A stretch of DNA of 64,000 nucleotides from Eledone cirrhosa (taxonomy: Eukaryota), in contig OZ024740.1 of assembly GCA_964016885.1 (NCBI GenBank), positions 331,700,001-331,764,000 on the forward strand, written 5' to 3'. A model generated the notes under the pieces. That model was not told the DNA's origin and ran no database searches. It saw only the letters and a program-made list of their open reading frames with translations. Below, piece after piece: positions 43,871 to 59,000 of this stretch (its first letter is position 1; each line of letters opens with the position of its first letter). The position numbers and the translations under genes are program-made.

Positions 43871-46265
43871 TTCAACCCCCTTTTCAATCTAAACGTCTCT
43901 ACCAACGTATCTAAGGCTTTCTTCTCACTCCTGGATATAAACTTCCCATCTGGCCACAAGTACCATAGTCTTTTAAACAAAAACACCATTAAAATCTCCT
44001 ACTCTACGACGCCTAACATAGCATACCACATAGCTAGTAGCAATAAAAGAAAAATGAATACTTACTTCCAAGAAACTAAAACACGGCAGGGAGTAAACCT
44101 TCAATACAACGTTATATCTGTAAACCGTGATATCAATAGTAATAATAGTAATCGCACTAGTGAAATCAATAACGCTGGGAGCGACAATCCCCATAGCCAT
44201 AATGCAATACCTAGCAACCAGATTATACACAACATAATAACCGGCAGGTTAACATCCAAAATAATTGTAACTGTAGATCTAATAGAACCTTCCCTTTAGA
44301 TAAAAACTGCTTAATCAAGGACATTATATTCTCATGAACCGTCATAACTAGCAACTCTTCTGAAACCTATAAAGGCTCTACTTCAAAACCAGATACAATT
44401 CACCCTCAATTCATTCAAAAAGCACAGTCTAGCCAAGTCCACTTCACTATCTAGCTACATACACTATCTAAAAACTAGAAATATATATTATACACTTAAA
44501 TGGGAAGTGATAGGTAAGGCGGCATCGTACAAACCATCTAATAAATTCTGTAACCTCTGTCTACTAGAGACCCATACTATAATCTTCTCAAACCATAACC
44601 TCCTTAATAAAAAATCGGAAGTGTTTGTGTCGTGCCAGCACCGCCTCCGGTACTCCTTCAAAAACTTTAAACCCAATATATAACAATGTCAGACTTGAAC
44701 CCATCACCACTTCTAACACCACACCTCAAGGGAACACCTTACACCACAACTCCACACTCTCTGATCCACCCAATCTCGACACAAATCATTCCATCTATCT
44801 ATAACTTTATACCCTAGAAATATCCCCATAAACACCTACTTTTAGTATAATTACTTTCAATTACTTATAATTATATAGTGATACAATACAGTCTATATAA
44901 GCTTTAAATACCAGATTGGACAATGAATTATATATGCAATAGTATTTATATGTATGGAGTGATAACATTGGACATATATAAGATTAATTTATTAACATAA
45001 GAGATCTGTCTAACTTATATGTTGAGTGCAATGAATTATGTATGAATAGTATATGAGTTATATATGTAAGTATAACTTGATGGATAGATTAATGACATTG
45101 TAAAGGAGGGATGTATTTGTCTGCCCTAGAGATGTATTTGGCTTTGCCATGCAAACAGCCATACGCTGCTCCAGAACTTACCAGGGGTTATGTAGACATA
45201 ATTCTAATAGGTCCCCTGACATGTTCTGAGAGTAAACTACATTTGCAGTGAACTTTGATATAAAGTTAAGGCTCTTTGTGTGGAGTATTCAGTTGTAGCA
45301 CTGTATGATAGGGAGTAATCATCCGAATATAGATACCTTTAGTACATCATGATAGAGTAGACTGTATTTAAAATTGGAAACTGGATATAAATATATAACC
45401 GTCTATATAAGCGACTCAATTGAGGCGCCTTATAATGTATGTTAGAACAATGAATTTAGTTATGGAAATCAGCTAGTTACCTCCCCTTAGGCATTAACTC
45501 CCCTTAATTACACACTTACTTCCGGATAATAAACCACTGTAAATTCTCGCAGCAGAATCAACCTATTCTATAAATTTGGATTAAATAACACTGAGCCGCA
45601 ATAAGCTAAAATAATTTAATTTAATGCATCAAACATCCAATACGGAATCATCGTTACTAATGTGATGGATGTAAAAACTATATATTACTTTTCCTGAATG
45701 TGAAAATTGTGGTGGATACGAAAACCATAACTTTCATTTGCTTCTCCTTTTTATTTTTATTTTTCTGCACGCATACTTTTTTATTATATACAAAAAATAC
45801 TTTACCACTACAACCACCATAATACTCTTATTACCCGCTTAAAGTGCATGTATTACATGTAACAACCTGCCACACAATAATCATATATAAATGGGACACA
45901 TTTGCATGCCCCACGTGTAACTAACGCATACACTAACTACTACATCTGACTAACAAACTATCCTCTTGCATTATCTGTGTTAACTGCTGAATGTATTTTA
46001 ATTTTGTTTTAATTTTATTTTAATTTTAATTTTGATTTGATTTTGAATTTGAATTGCTATACAGAAATAATATAGTATAATATATGCCACTCCACTGTAC
46101 ATCAATATATATATATGTATCTGTATGTCTCTTGCGTTGGAAAGGAGGTCAATTATGTGTACAAACATTGAAAAATGCTCCGAAGACTCCAAGCCTAGGT
46201 TTGGATGACACAATTGTAAGTGAATAATTGCTTTGAACATAGCTTTGATTCTTGTGAATTCTATA
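43868..46265 (+). mobile_element. 5'-truncated decayed PLE (linker plus GIY-YIG to ~44680, long 3' UTR, degenerate HHR ~46175-46222)
   Basis: YFNPP...NVSTNVSKAFFSLLDINFPSGHKYHSLLNKNTIKISYSTTPNI, NCNCRS, LKWEVIGKAASYKPSNKFCNLCLLE, LLNKKSEVFVSCQH; the 3' boundary is inferred. Confidence 0.75.
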
Positions 46266-46338
46266 TGTATATGTATATATATTATATATATTTATATATA
46301 TATAAAATATATATGTATACATATATGTATATATACAT

Positions 46339-46448
<110 letters not shown>

Positions 46449-46467
46449 TCTTCTGGTTTTATAATTT

Positions 46468-46787
46468 GGTTTTATTCTTGTTCTTCTTTTTGGTAAATAT
46501 CATCTTGGTTAAGAGAGTGGGACTGGCTTTGTGCAGTGCGTTTGCTCACTATAAAAGCTTCACGGCACAGGCATTGCTTTACATCTGGAGATCTCTCTGC
46601 ACTTGTCATCACATGGTAACATGGGCCCAGCACTATGTGTCAATAATTGTCAAAAGTGTAGTGTTTGTACCAGAGTTTTCAAGTCGCTGGCTGGACTAAA
46701 AAGTCACAGTTGTTCAGCGCATCGGTAGGGGTTCTCCTACATGTATATCAAGTAGTGGCCGTACTCGAAAACGAGTTGGCAGCCACC
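46468..46787. mobile_element. 320-bp insertion flanked by 31-bp direct repeats
   Basis: atgtatgtatgttcttctggttttataattt at 46437-46467 and 46788-46818; body matches 6548-6859 inverted. Confidence 0.85.
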
Positions 46788-46899
46788 ATGTATGTATGTT
46801 CTTCTGGTTTTATAATTTCACAAAGTTTTACCAATAGAGAGAGAGTCGGTTTCTAACATAGACACAAGACTCTCTCATTGGAATTTACACAACATCAAC

Positions 46900-49800
46900 T
46901 AGGTAGGTATGTATGTATGCATGTGTAGATATGGCTGTTATCGTATGTGTGGATGTGTATGTTTTGAGATATATGTGTGCATGTGTATATGCTTTGCATC
47001 TGTATATGTGTATATGCAGTTATTAGATGCAACATTTTTGGAATGTCTTACATATTTTTACTGTTCCATTAATGGATTGTACTTGTAATTTCCTAACTAG
47101 TTGTGTTCTTTCTGTTCCTGTGAAGCTAGCTTCTCAAGATTTGTATTGATACAGTTACTAACATACCCCAGTGCCCCAATAATCACAGGTGTTAATCTGA
47201 AGGTGTAATCAGGGTGGAGTTTCTGCAGATTTCTCATCAGTTCTGCATACATGTTCTCCTTTTCACTAATCTTTTATATTATATTGGCATCTGCTGGGCA
47301 GCTAATTTCCACTACTGTGCATGTTTTCTTGTCCCTGTCCCATATCATAATATCTGGTCTGTTATGCCTGCATTTTATTGGGGTTTTTACTGGAACATTC
47401 CACCAGTACTCTTTCATACTATGTATATGGATGTCTTCCACATTGCTGTAGCTTTTAATGTGTTTATTATCGGGGCTATTTTTTTGCGAACTGGATTGTA
47501 CAGTGTTTTGGCTACTAAATCATGCCTCATAGGTAGATAGTACCGCGATGACATCTTTGGACAGCTGCTGATGACATGGGTGATATCCTCGATGTTAGTT
47601 CTGCAGAGTTGCACTTGTTATCACATCTAGGTGTTTTGCCTGCATCCCTATCTCTTTTGTGAATCAGGTATTTCGTGCTAATCTCCTGTTCCTGGATTGC
47701 AAAAGCGTATCCTTCAAAGTGGGAGCCAATATAGCGGTTGTTGGTCCAAGATAGACTACTTTCCTTATCTATATTACTCTCACTCTGGAGCTTCCTGGCA
47801 ACATATCCATGCATGATTTTTTGCTGAAAGGCATGCAGTTTTTCATCCATGGATTCACTGCGATACCGCTGAGCGACATCCCTGGGTGTGAGGTTTTGAT
47901 TATCACACAGGGAATATCTCTCGAGGAGTTCCTTCCCAACTCTCATGATCTTATCTGTTTCATGCAGATAGACTTGCTCGAGAAACGGGCTCCTACGCTT
48001 CGAGGTTCGCAGATGTTGTCGGAGAGATATGATGCGACATTCAAATGTTGTCTGGTGTGATGTTAGGCCTCTGCCTCCCTGCTTACGTTTCAAGTAAAGG
48101 CGGTCTATGTCACTGTTGATGTGGAAGTTTCTGGTGTTGTTCAGTATTTTTCGAGTTCCAACATCAACTGCTCGGATTTCGTCTATCGTCCAATTGAGTA
48201 TTCCAAACGTTAGTGTTAGGACAGGCACAGCAAACACATTGTGAGCCACTGTTTTATTTTGCGCAGTGAGTTCCGATGACCAGATCTTTCTTAATCGGGT
48301 GTAGTATTCCTTGGTTACGCGTTCGTTATTACAGATACCATTATAGAATATGTTCTCATCTATCCCCAGGTATCTGTAGCAGTCCTCATCAGATATCGGT
48401 GAAACAGTTAGGCCATTGATGACAATGTTACTAGGTTGGGTTGTTGTTTTTCCCCGCTTTACAGTCATGTATGAGAATTTATCCTGGCCAAACTCCATTC
48501 CTATATCTTTTGAAAACGTTGTAACCAGGTCAAGATTTTTCTTCATCCCACCCATACTCTTGGAATAGAGTTTCAGATCGTCCGCAAAGAAATTATGGGT
48601 TAGGTTCGTATTTCTGTCCTCCTGTGAGCCAATGATGTATCCCCTCACATTTCTTGAGCAGAAAGGACAAGGGGTTTAATGACAAGATGAATAATATCAC
48701 AGAGAGACTGTCCCCCTGAAATATACCCCTGCAATATTTTATTTTATCAGTGAAAATAGAGTCCTCCCTCTCTTTCTTTAACCTTAGGATAGTAGCCCAA
48801 GAAGAAGACAGCCTCTCTATGGCTCTGACAATAATGTCTGGGACTTTAGCAAGTTGGAGGGCCTCTATCATCCAAGAGTGGGGAACAGAATCAAAAGCTT
48901 TCCTGTAGTCCAGCCAGACTGTAGTCATATTCCTCCTGAGTTGTCGCACCTCCGACATCGCAGGTTTGTTAATTAGGAGTTGTTCAGCACATCACCAAAC
49001 CCCTTTCTTTCCAGCTGCTTGTTCATCTGTGATGATGTCATTATTTTCACAATGATCTTGGAGGAATAGGTTCAAGCAGGCTGTATACATCTTATACATC
49101 AGGTTCTGGCATGCAATGGGTCGGTAGTCTTTTTCCAAGTGGGTGTTTTTGTTCTTGGGGACCAGTAATGTTTGTCCTAATGTTAACCATTCTGGTATAA
49201 GTGTATCTCCCTTAAGAACTTGTTGGTAGCGATCAGTAAGATACCTCTGATAGAATATCAGTTTTTTGTACCAGTAGCCGACGACCATGTCTCTTCCTGG
49301 TATTTTCTTATCTTGGAGTTTTCCTATCACAGTCTCAAAGGTACCCTCACTTATTTCGTATGTTTTTGTTGTAGTCTAGGAGCAATAGTTCTTTCGGATT
49401 TTTCTTTGACACACTGCATCTTGGTTGAAATTCTACTTTTCACCCCATATTTTGCTCCAAAAGTAATCTATGTCTTTCTGGGATGGGGCCTCAGTGACAC
49501 ATATTATTTTGCCCTTCATATCTCTATAGATTGATGTTTGGTTTCGTCTGAATCTTTTATTAAGCATTTTCTCTCATCTACCTTCTTCAGGTATCGGCGT
49601 TTTTTGCTAACAGCTCTCAATTCTTGTTTAAGGGTGATCAGCTTATATTGGAGAGTTCTGGTTCTACTGTTACCAAACATCGTCTCTATTTTATTTTTCA
49701 CTTTTTGTTGGTGAGGAGTGAGGTTTTTTGTGTTTGTTTGCATGTAAGGAGCATTGTCACATACCCTATGTTTTTCGTAGGTCATCAATCTTTTTTTCTA

Positions 49801-50210
49801 TTTTAGTTATATATAATTGTATTTTTGGTGGTGTTCTATTCTTGTTAATATCTCTGCTATCACCAAGATAATGCTTCACTGTCATTGCTAAGGCATATAA
49901 ACAGGCGTTCATTTGCCAAAATGTTGGGGGTTTTATCCGTCGTAAATATTCATCCCCTATTTCGTCAATAACACGTAATATTTCATTATTTGTGTTTTTA
50001 TTCAACATTGTCGTTTTAACACGTTCAGCAAGAGAGATATTTATACATGAGTTAATTTCTCTCTGGAAGATTTCATTGAGTGGAATTTTCAATTGTTTAT
50101 ACTTTTGATTATTATTATTATCGATAGTATTTTCCACCACAATAGTCGATGTAGACTGGGATGGTACACGTGGTGTCATATTTATTCGATTATTATTATT
50201 ATCGATATCT
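46900..50210 (-). mobile_element. R4/Dong-type non-LTR retrotransposon (RT, CCHC, restriction-like endonuclease), frameshifted
   Basis: YRPIAC, WLDYRKAFDSVPHSW, RGIFQGDSLS, FFADDLKLY, YRYLGI, GGRGL, LCRTNIEDITHVISSC, RHD, HNRPDIMIWD...VVEISCP. Confidence 0.92.
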
Positions 50211-50248
50211 GAATGTATGTATGTATGTATGTATATACGCATGTATAT

Positions 50249-51432
<1,184 letters not shown>

Positions 51433-51486
51433 TATATATATATGCATATATATATATATATATATATATGCATATATATATATATA

Positions 51487-52735
51487 AACACCCCCCAACC
51501 CCACGCACACGTACCCACACACCCTCGTACACCACTAACTCTACACACCCTACCACCACTAACCCCCACTCACACCTGCTTTCCACCCCTCCCCACCTCC
51601 CGTATACTAACACCCACTAACACCTCTTCACCAAACTACACACACACCCGTACACCACACTCCCTCCATAGAACCACACACACCCTTCTCTCCCCGCTCC
51701 ACCCACACCCCCGCTCCACACTCACTCATCCCACTAACACCCCTACTAATACACACACACACACACACACACACCCTCCTCACTCCAACTCTCACACCTA
51801 CCCATCCTCGCCTCCCTACCATTCCACCGACTGCTGCTATGCCCTTCCGACCACCTCTCAGCACCAACTGACCACAGCACTCCCACTGCTGACCACTTCC
51901 TGTTGCGCGCGCACCCCACATCTCTCCTCTTCCGACCACCGCTTCTTGGATTACCCACACGCGAAATTGACTTCTAACCAAATCTCCAAACATCCGTGGA
52001 AATTACCAACTTTTCAACCATCCTCTTACGCCATCACCTATATAACTCACCCACACACACACCCCCAAAAAATTTGTTTTCTCCACACGCCACCCACACC
52101 CACAACACGCTTAAACCACACACACGTGCTTCCCACCACATATTTACACCCTCAGCCTCCTGATTCCTCTCCCCCCACCCCCTATCCACACACGCACAGA
52201 CACTCTGTCCCACAAAAACACCCCCCACACACACCTCTTCCTGAACATTCAACCCCGTTCTTCCCCCAACCCTCACTTTCACATACACACACACACACGC
52301 ACACCTAACCACACACACCACTTTCAGCCCTCCCCGCCCGGACACCCCGTCTCCCTCTCCCCACTCCACCCGCCACCACCCCTACTCACCCCACACCCTT
52401 CCACCACCTGTTTACCCCCCTTTTAATTTCAGTTTATTTTGATCATGCCTTTATTTTTAAATTTTCTCATTCCTTGTATTTTGATCATGCTTTATTTTTA
52501 TTTATTATATTTTTTGTCTTTATTTGTTAATTTTTCATTCGCACCGTTTCCTTTCGCTATATGTCTCTCCACCACTCCCCTACACACCTTTTGAACTCTG
52601 TTCCCACACACTTCTCACCTGAAGAAGGGCTTATGCCCGAAACGTCGTCCCCCCACCTACCCCCACTCTCCTGAGCGTGAATTTAATAAACATTTATTGT
52701 ACTGCCTCTCTGTTCTGTCCCTGTTCAAATTTTTC

Positions 52736-52740
<5 letters not shown>
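51487..52740 (+). mobile_element. C/A-rich 3' UTR and terminal repeat of a PLE with hammerhead and AATAAA
   Basis: Low-complexity (CAC/CCA) block, T-rich stretch, HHR core at 52619, aataaa ~52685, ends in (TA)n; composition resembles the element at 1510-3900. Confidence 0.65.
52617..52648 (+). ncRNA. Minimal type I hammerhead motif
   Basis: CTGAAGA a gggc-ttat-gccc GAAA CG TC; palindromic ACGT helix III, GUC site; helix I only ~2 bp. Confidence 0.7.
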
Positions 52741-52772
<32 letters not shown>

Positions 52773-52933
52773 ACTAGAGATTGATTAACATATAAATATA
52801 CATGAATAATCACAGAAGATAATTTTTGCTCGCGTGTAACCACGCATAGCTAGTATAGGTAATATTTACCTTTAAGAAGGTTAATCACTCTTAAAGGTAA
52901 ATATGACCTATACTATATATATATATATATATA

Positions 52934-52997
<64 letters not shown>

Positions 52998-54204
52998 CAT
53001 TTATACATACATACATACATACATACATACATACATACATACATACATACATACATACATACATACATACATGCTACACCTGATTAAGAAAGATTTCGTC
53101 ATCGGAACTCTCTGCGCAAACCAAAACAGTGGCTCACAATGTCTTTGTTCTGCCTGTCCTAACTACCAACGTTTGGAGTACTCAATTGGACGATAGACGA
53201 AATCCGAGCAGTTGATGTTGGAACTCGAAAAATATAAGTATAAATATACACACATACATATACTGATATATGTTTATGCACACACATGTAGGTTGTGCAT
53301 GTTTGTGAGTGTATGGATGCTTGGATTTAGTCACGAGGTATGCTGAATTATGGTAATAAAATATTTTCGTAGCCTCCATGTCGTCAATAATGCGAACGTT
53401 TTTAATATGAGATATTCAATTCAATTTATCAATATTTCTTGTTCATAACGAATAATACATGAAGAAATTATAGAAAAAATAGATCATGCTCGAATCCATG
53501 GCGTCAACATATGACCACATCCATTCAGCAGGTCGTTAAATCATTATATTTTGACTAGTAGAGATACACAAGCCTCATTCTCCATCATATGGAATTGTAT
53601 GTTGTTGTTTTTTTCGTCATATAAATCAACATAACTCAGATAAGTGAATACACACTAACCCTCCGCTGGAAATAAGTTTTTCGGCATTCATACTAAATTA
53701 AGACAATTACATCAAATTCGTCTCCATATTTCTCCGGTTTGTAAAATTGAATATTCATTTTCTTTTATGGAGTGACAGCGCGTTGACCGTGTATTGTGAA
53801 ATTCTGAGATATATTAAGTACTGTAGTCAAATGCTCAAGCATCAAAGTGTATACTAATATTGATCGACTTATAATGCATTTTGAAGTATTTCATAAACAT
53901 TCTTTATTTAATTATAGCTTTCTTTATTCCGAATATGATGTATCGTTTTGTATTGCTGATGCATGATTTCTTTTCGCAATTAAGTAACATAAATATTGAC
54001 GAACATAAGTATGTTCTATTTGGTAATGGGCCATTTATCAAAATAATGCATTGCGGGAGAGACGATATTCAATACAATATATTGATGATTCTTAATATAT
54101 TTGCATTTAGAATTGTTTCGCGAATATCTATCTTAGATTTTAGTGTCGAGCATTTCTCTAAAGCTATAATTAAATATTATGACAGATTCTATGACGATAC
54201 ATCA

Positions 54205-54235
<31 letters not shown>

Positions 54236-54726
54236 GGAGGAAGTTATAGTTCACTTGAAGCATTGTGTAATGAGGTATAAACGTTTGTATATGTATAATA
54301 AAGCCAAAACAATGCAGGTATGGACATAGAATAAAGAATGCAAATACAAAAGATATTGTTGACAATTAGTCTTTTACCTTAGATTTATTTAAATGTTCTT
54401 AATTTTCGAGATAATATCTCTTCTTCGAATATTGTGTTGGCTTTATTATACATATACAAACGTTTATATATATATATATAATTATAATTTTGTTTCTCGC
54501 CCTAGCACAGCTGATACATAAATGTTATATGCACACGTACACACATTTACACACATATATATATATATATATATGCACACACATATATACATATACATAT
54601 GTACGTATGGGTTATATTGAATATTAATGATAATGTTCGATTCGTTTCTAAACAAACGGCCCTATTTGAAGCTGTGCCGTACCGGTGACCGATCGTCACC
54701 TGTTTGTTCAACACTGGCTTTGAGGA

Positions 54727-54769
54727 ACAATCAACATGTTTCTGGGTCATTACCCTTCATCAGGACTGT
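54727..54769 (-). ncRNA. Minimal type I hammerhead ribozyme
   Basis: acagtc CTGATGA a gggt-aatg-accc a GAAA CATG TT gattgt; 6-bp helix I, palindromic ACATGT helix III. Confidence 0.82.
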
Positions 54770-54949
54770 ATACCTCTGCCAGTCTTTTGAACGGTTGAAA
54801 ATATATAGTATTTTTTGTAAGTAAACATCAGCTGAGTAGCCTCATGTTCATACATATACATATATAAACAAAGGAAGTATGTTTGTAATGTGCCGAGTGA
54901 AGATCGGGATTGAAATAAAAACAGAGGCATCACTGTAACAGTTTGACTA

Positions 54950-55815
54950 AATAATTGTTTCTAATTTTGGCACAAGGCCAGCAATTATCCCAGTACATTA
55001 CTGGTACTTAATGTTATCGACCACGTAAGGATGAAAGGCAAAGTTAACCTCGACAGGGTTTGAACTCAGTTCGTAAAGGGACGTAACTATGCTGGAACCC
55101 CCCACCGATACTGTCAATCCACCGCAGTGTGACTAAATAATTGTTTCTACTTTTTGGCACAAGGCCAGCAATTCACCAGTGCATTACTGGTACATTATTT
55201 TATCGACCCCGTAAAAATGAAAGGCAAAGTTAACCTCGGCGGTGTGACTAAATAATATAGACTAATAATATGGCATATAAGCCCCCCTATTATTAGACTA
55301 TATTACATAATAGTAGCGTACTCGCCAGGCAAACGTAGGGTGTGAGTTGCACTCCTATGTGTGCTAATACCTATCTTTTCCCGTTCAGTGGGTTTATATG
55401 CCCCATTATTTGTGGATTGGCAGTATCGGTAGAGGGTCGGACGCCATGCTTTCCAGCATAGTTACATCTCTTTACGATCTGAGTTCAAATCCCGCCGAGG
55501 TTGACTTTGCCTTTCATCCTTACGGGGTCGATAAAATATAGTACCAGTAATGCACTGGGTAATTGCTGGCCTTGTGCCTAAAGTAGAAACAATTATTTGA
55601 CTATATTATTTAGTCAACATGGCGGTGGATTGGCAGTATCGGTAGAGGGTCGGACGCCATGATTTGACGCATAGAGTTACGACCCTTGCCATTCCGAGTT
55701 CAAATCCCGTCGAGGTTCACTTTGCCTTTTATCCTTACGGAGTCGATAAAATAAAGTACCAGTAATGCACTGGGTGATTGCTGGCTTTGTGCCAAAAGTA
55801 GAAACAATTATTTAG
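54950..55815. mobile_element. Cluster of four tRNA-derived SINE copies (two minus ~54950-55245, two plus ~55410-55815)
   Basis: Core actttgcctttcatccttacggggtcgataaa...taccagtaatgcactgg on both strands. Confidence 0.85.
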
Positions 55816-55944
55816 TCAAAATGTTATGGTGAAGCTTCAATTACTGTTTCAATTCCAAACTTCACTCACCGCGATCCAACCACACTTCCTTTGTTTAAAT
55901 ATCGATATAACATTACATATACTAGAAATAACAAAACATGCTAG

Positions 55945-56070
55945 ATGGGGTCATCGGCGTTATAGTAGAGTGCTCGTTAAGTAAACGAGAGTTGTGTGTT
56001 CGATTCCCATGCGTGCTGATACCAATTTGTTTTCTTTCCGTTCAGTGGGCTTATACGCCGTGTTATTAGA
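55945..56070 (+). repeat. tRNA-like Pol III repeat (related copies ~31180-31260, ~55300-55405)
   Basis: A-box-like tatagtagagtg and B-box gttcgattccc followed by shared tttccgt(t/a)cagt(g/a)gg; no proper cloverleaf. Confidence 0.5.
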
Positions 56071-59000
56071 CTACATCATTTAGTCAAAATATTAAGGCGT
56101 AAATGTGTATATGTATATGTGGGGGGAGGGTATGTGTATGTATATACAAAGTACGTTATCTTTTTAAGAATACAAGATTCGAGATTTGTCGTTTGTTCAA
56201 ACATCAACTACAGTTTTTTCTCTCTTGTCCAGTCCCAAATTGAAATTTAGAGTGTGACACAGAAAGTAAAAAGGCAGCCAGCGACAGAAATTCGGATACT
56301 GATATGTTCTTCAATGTTATCAGGTTTTTCATGTTTAAGTTCATAAAAGATCTCCTAGTCTCTGGCTGGAGCGTGTCTTCTGTGTCGAAAAGAGGTAAAC
56401 ACATTCTCATTGGTTAGACGTCAGCAAGAAAATCAGATTTGTCTAAAAATTCAAATCATCAAGAATGACACCCTCATCAACATGTAGAGTGCCATTGCCA
56501 ACTCAGGAAAACCTATGATCTATCGAAGCTTTTGCTGAACACGCCCAGACTCATGTATGAACCCAATATGTGATTCCTTTGAGTTGAGAGGAACTTTAAC
56601 AAGATGGCAAGATTAACAGGAGGATTTACATATGGTTCTGCCCCGTCATTTATTGATTGTTTTGGTTGTCGAGAGAAATGAAGTCCCCTCCTTCACTCAA
56701 CTTATGCAGGCCAATCCATCCCCCTAAATTGAGACGCTATACATATTTGCCAAACTCTGGACAGAGATGTTGGTAGGGGGAGGCTTTACATAATCCATTA
56801 AGACACCGATACCTCTCTTACAGTCTGTATGACACAGGAATGTGCTGTTGTCCAAAGAATAATCTCAATTATTTGAACTATAATATATGGAATCCCACCA
56901 CTCCAGATTTAAAGCAGCTGAAGTAAAACATCAGAGCTGTCGCAATGTGAGAGAACACAAGCGTGCTCACAATGTCAAAGATTCATTAAATCAGTTATTA
57001 GAAATGTTATGGGCAACTTGAAGAAACAATGACCTCAACAATGCATATAGCCGTTTCTGATGCCGGATCAAATACTTCATTGACGTTGGAAGTTGTTTAT
57101 TGAATAGCATATGGAAAGCGTATCTATAAACAGGATCTAAATTCTAACACCCTGCTCATGAATGTAACGTGGAAGTGGCTGAGCATTCCACGGACACGTA
57201 TACCATTATTGTAAGTGACTAATGCTGTACCTTTTAATTACAGATACACTTCATTTTCCCCAACTGAGTGGACTAAAAGACATTACAGCGGAAAGGTACT
57301 TATGACATTATCAAAAGCATTTTAATATTGCATAATGTACTCAACAAGGGATACATTTGAATGTTGCTGCGGATATAATTTTTTCAAGTAAATAAATATT
57401 GCATTTTAGGACAAATATTAAAGGTTACATGTTTTATTTCTCCGTTTGTTTGACAATCTGATACTAAAGATTACACAGAGGATACAATGAGATATCACAC
57501 ACCTATTATTAGCATTGCCAACAAAAAGTTATTATTATTTAAAATAGATGGTACTTGACATTTCAAAATAAGTATTAGGCATTTAAAAGTCTTAAAATAA
57601 GCAGAAAAATATATAAAAACAACTTGTTTGCATCGTTTCTATGAACCTTCAAAACGTGTTCAGCCCCAAACCTTATTGCATAATTTTTTGCATTTCTTTT
57701 GATATTTTCATAACAATATTTAAGAGGCGCATAATTATCTTTCGACTTGAGAAATATGAAGAGTAAATGTAACCCTATCAAATATGGAAATGTTCGAACA
57801 TCGTTTTACACGTCTGTTCTATAGACAAGGACTACTTTTTTAATGGGTACAATACTGGATTAATTGCATTAAAATTATTTCTAATTTTTTTTTTACGTTT
57901 CAATTTCTATTCACAACAGTGTCGTCTTTGTCATTTACCTCCCTGCATCTGTTCAGTAGATGTCATTAAATTACCAGAATCTATTAGATTAACTGACTCT
58001 GTCTTATGAATATTTGTACCGGTTCCAAATTGTGAAGCGTTTTCGTTTGGCTGTATGCAGCATTTTATATAATATACCGTAACATTTCTTTTCGAGTTAT
58101 TTACTTCCCACATAAGACATATTAGTTTTCTATCCCTCGTTTTATATATTGATATAGCACATATTTATTTCGTTTAACTTAGAATCAATTTCAGTTAATA
58201 TCTAATACTGTCATTCAACTCTGAAAATAAGGATTGGTTCTAGAGTTGTAATTCTGGCTATCTTTTAAAAAGAAGGCACCGATATTTTCAATTTTCTGCC
58301 TTTTAGGATGTGTGCGGTAATTAGATATTGCATTAGTGCTAAACGAATAAAATACATCTAAGTGTTTTAAAAAGCTCCACCACGCTTAATATGATGATAC
58401 TGACCTTCTGCAAATAAATAATTAAAGAGTGATAAATATTAGTTTCTCATGCACAAGGTTGCACAATATTCGCAGAAAGACTGGGAGATGAAGTCAATCT
58501 TAACCATTTCCTTAATACTTACTTTATCTACCCCATACGTATGGAAGATGGTGTTAATCTTGATGTAGAATCTCTTTCACTTCTGATTTCGACAACTCTT
58601 GATTATATTACTTATTAAAGTAATGTTATTACTAATTAAAGTAATGTTATTACAGTAATGTTATTACTAATTCATAAGCGGTTATATTATATTATATTAC
58701 ATATATCTTAATGATTGATTAGACTTATTAATAAATATTGATTTCTTACATTGGCAGGAACTATACAATCAGATGTATGCAGCTTATATAAACGTGTACT
58801 CGATATAAAATCAGATTGTGTGCAAAGTCTCTCTATTATATAATACATTTTGGAATATTTGCATTACGAAGGGTGATTATTAGCCTACATGAAGTGAAAT
58901 CGCTTAGCTATTTATCAAAGCCCACCTCAGTTCAGATTCCCAAGAATGTATTGCTCTGCGCTGTTATTAACAATCGAAGCAATAAATGTTAGTTACTAAC

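Noticed and set aside
51442-52308. 288-aa His/Thr/Pro-rich ORF
   Set aside because: Low-complexity C/A-rich sequence starting in a TA tract, no domain motifs
55945-56020. Possible tRNA gene
   Set aside because: B-box present but acceptor and anticodon stems do not pair; repeated elsewhere with a shared tail, so SINE-like
56200-57100. Possible very old L1/Tx1 LINE 3' remnant
   Set aside because: Only a vague impression from broken frames; no diagnostic motif could be pinned down
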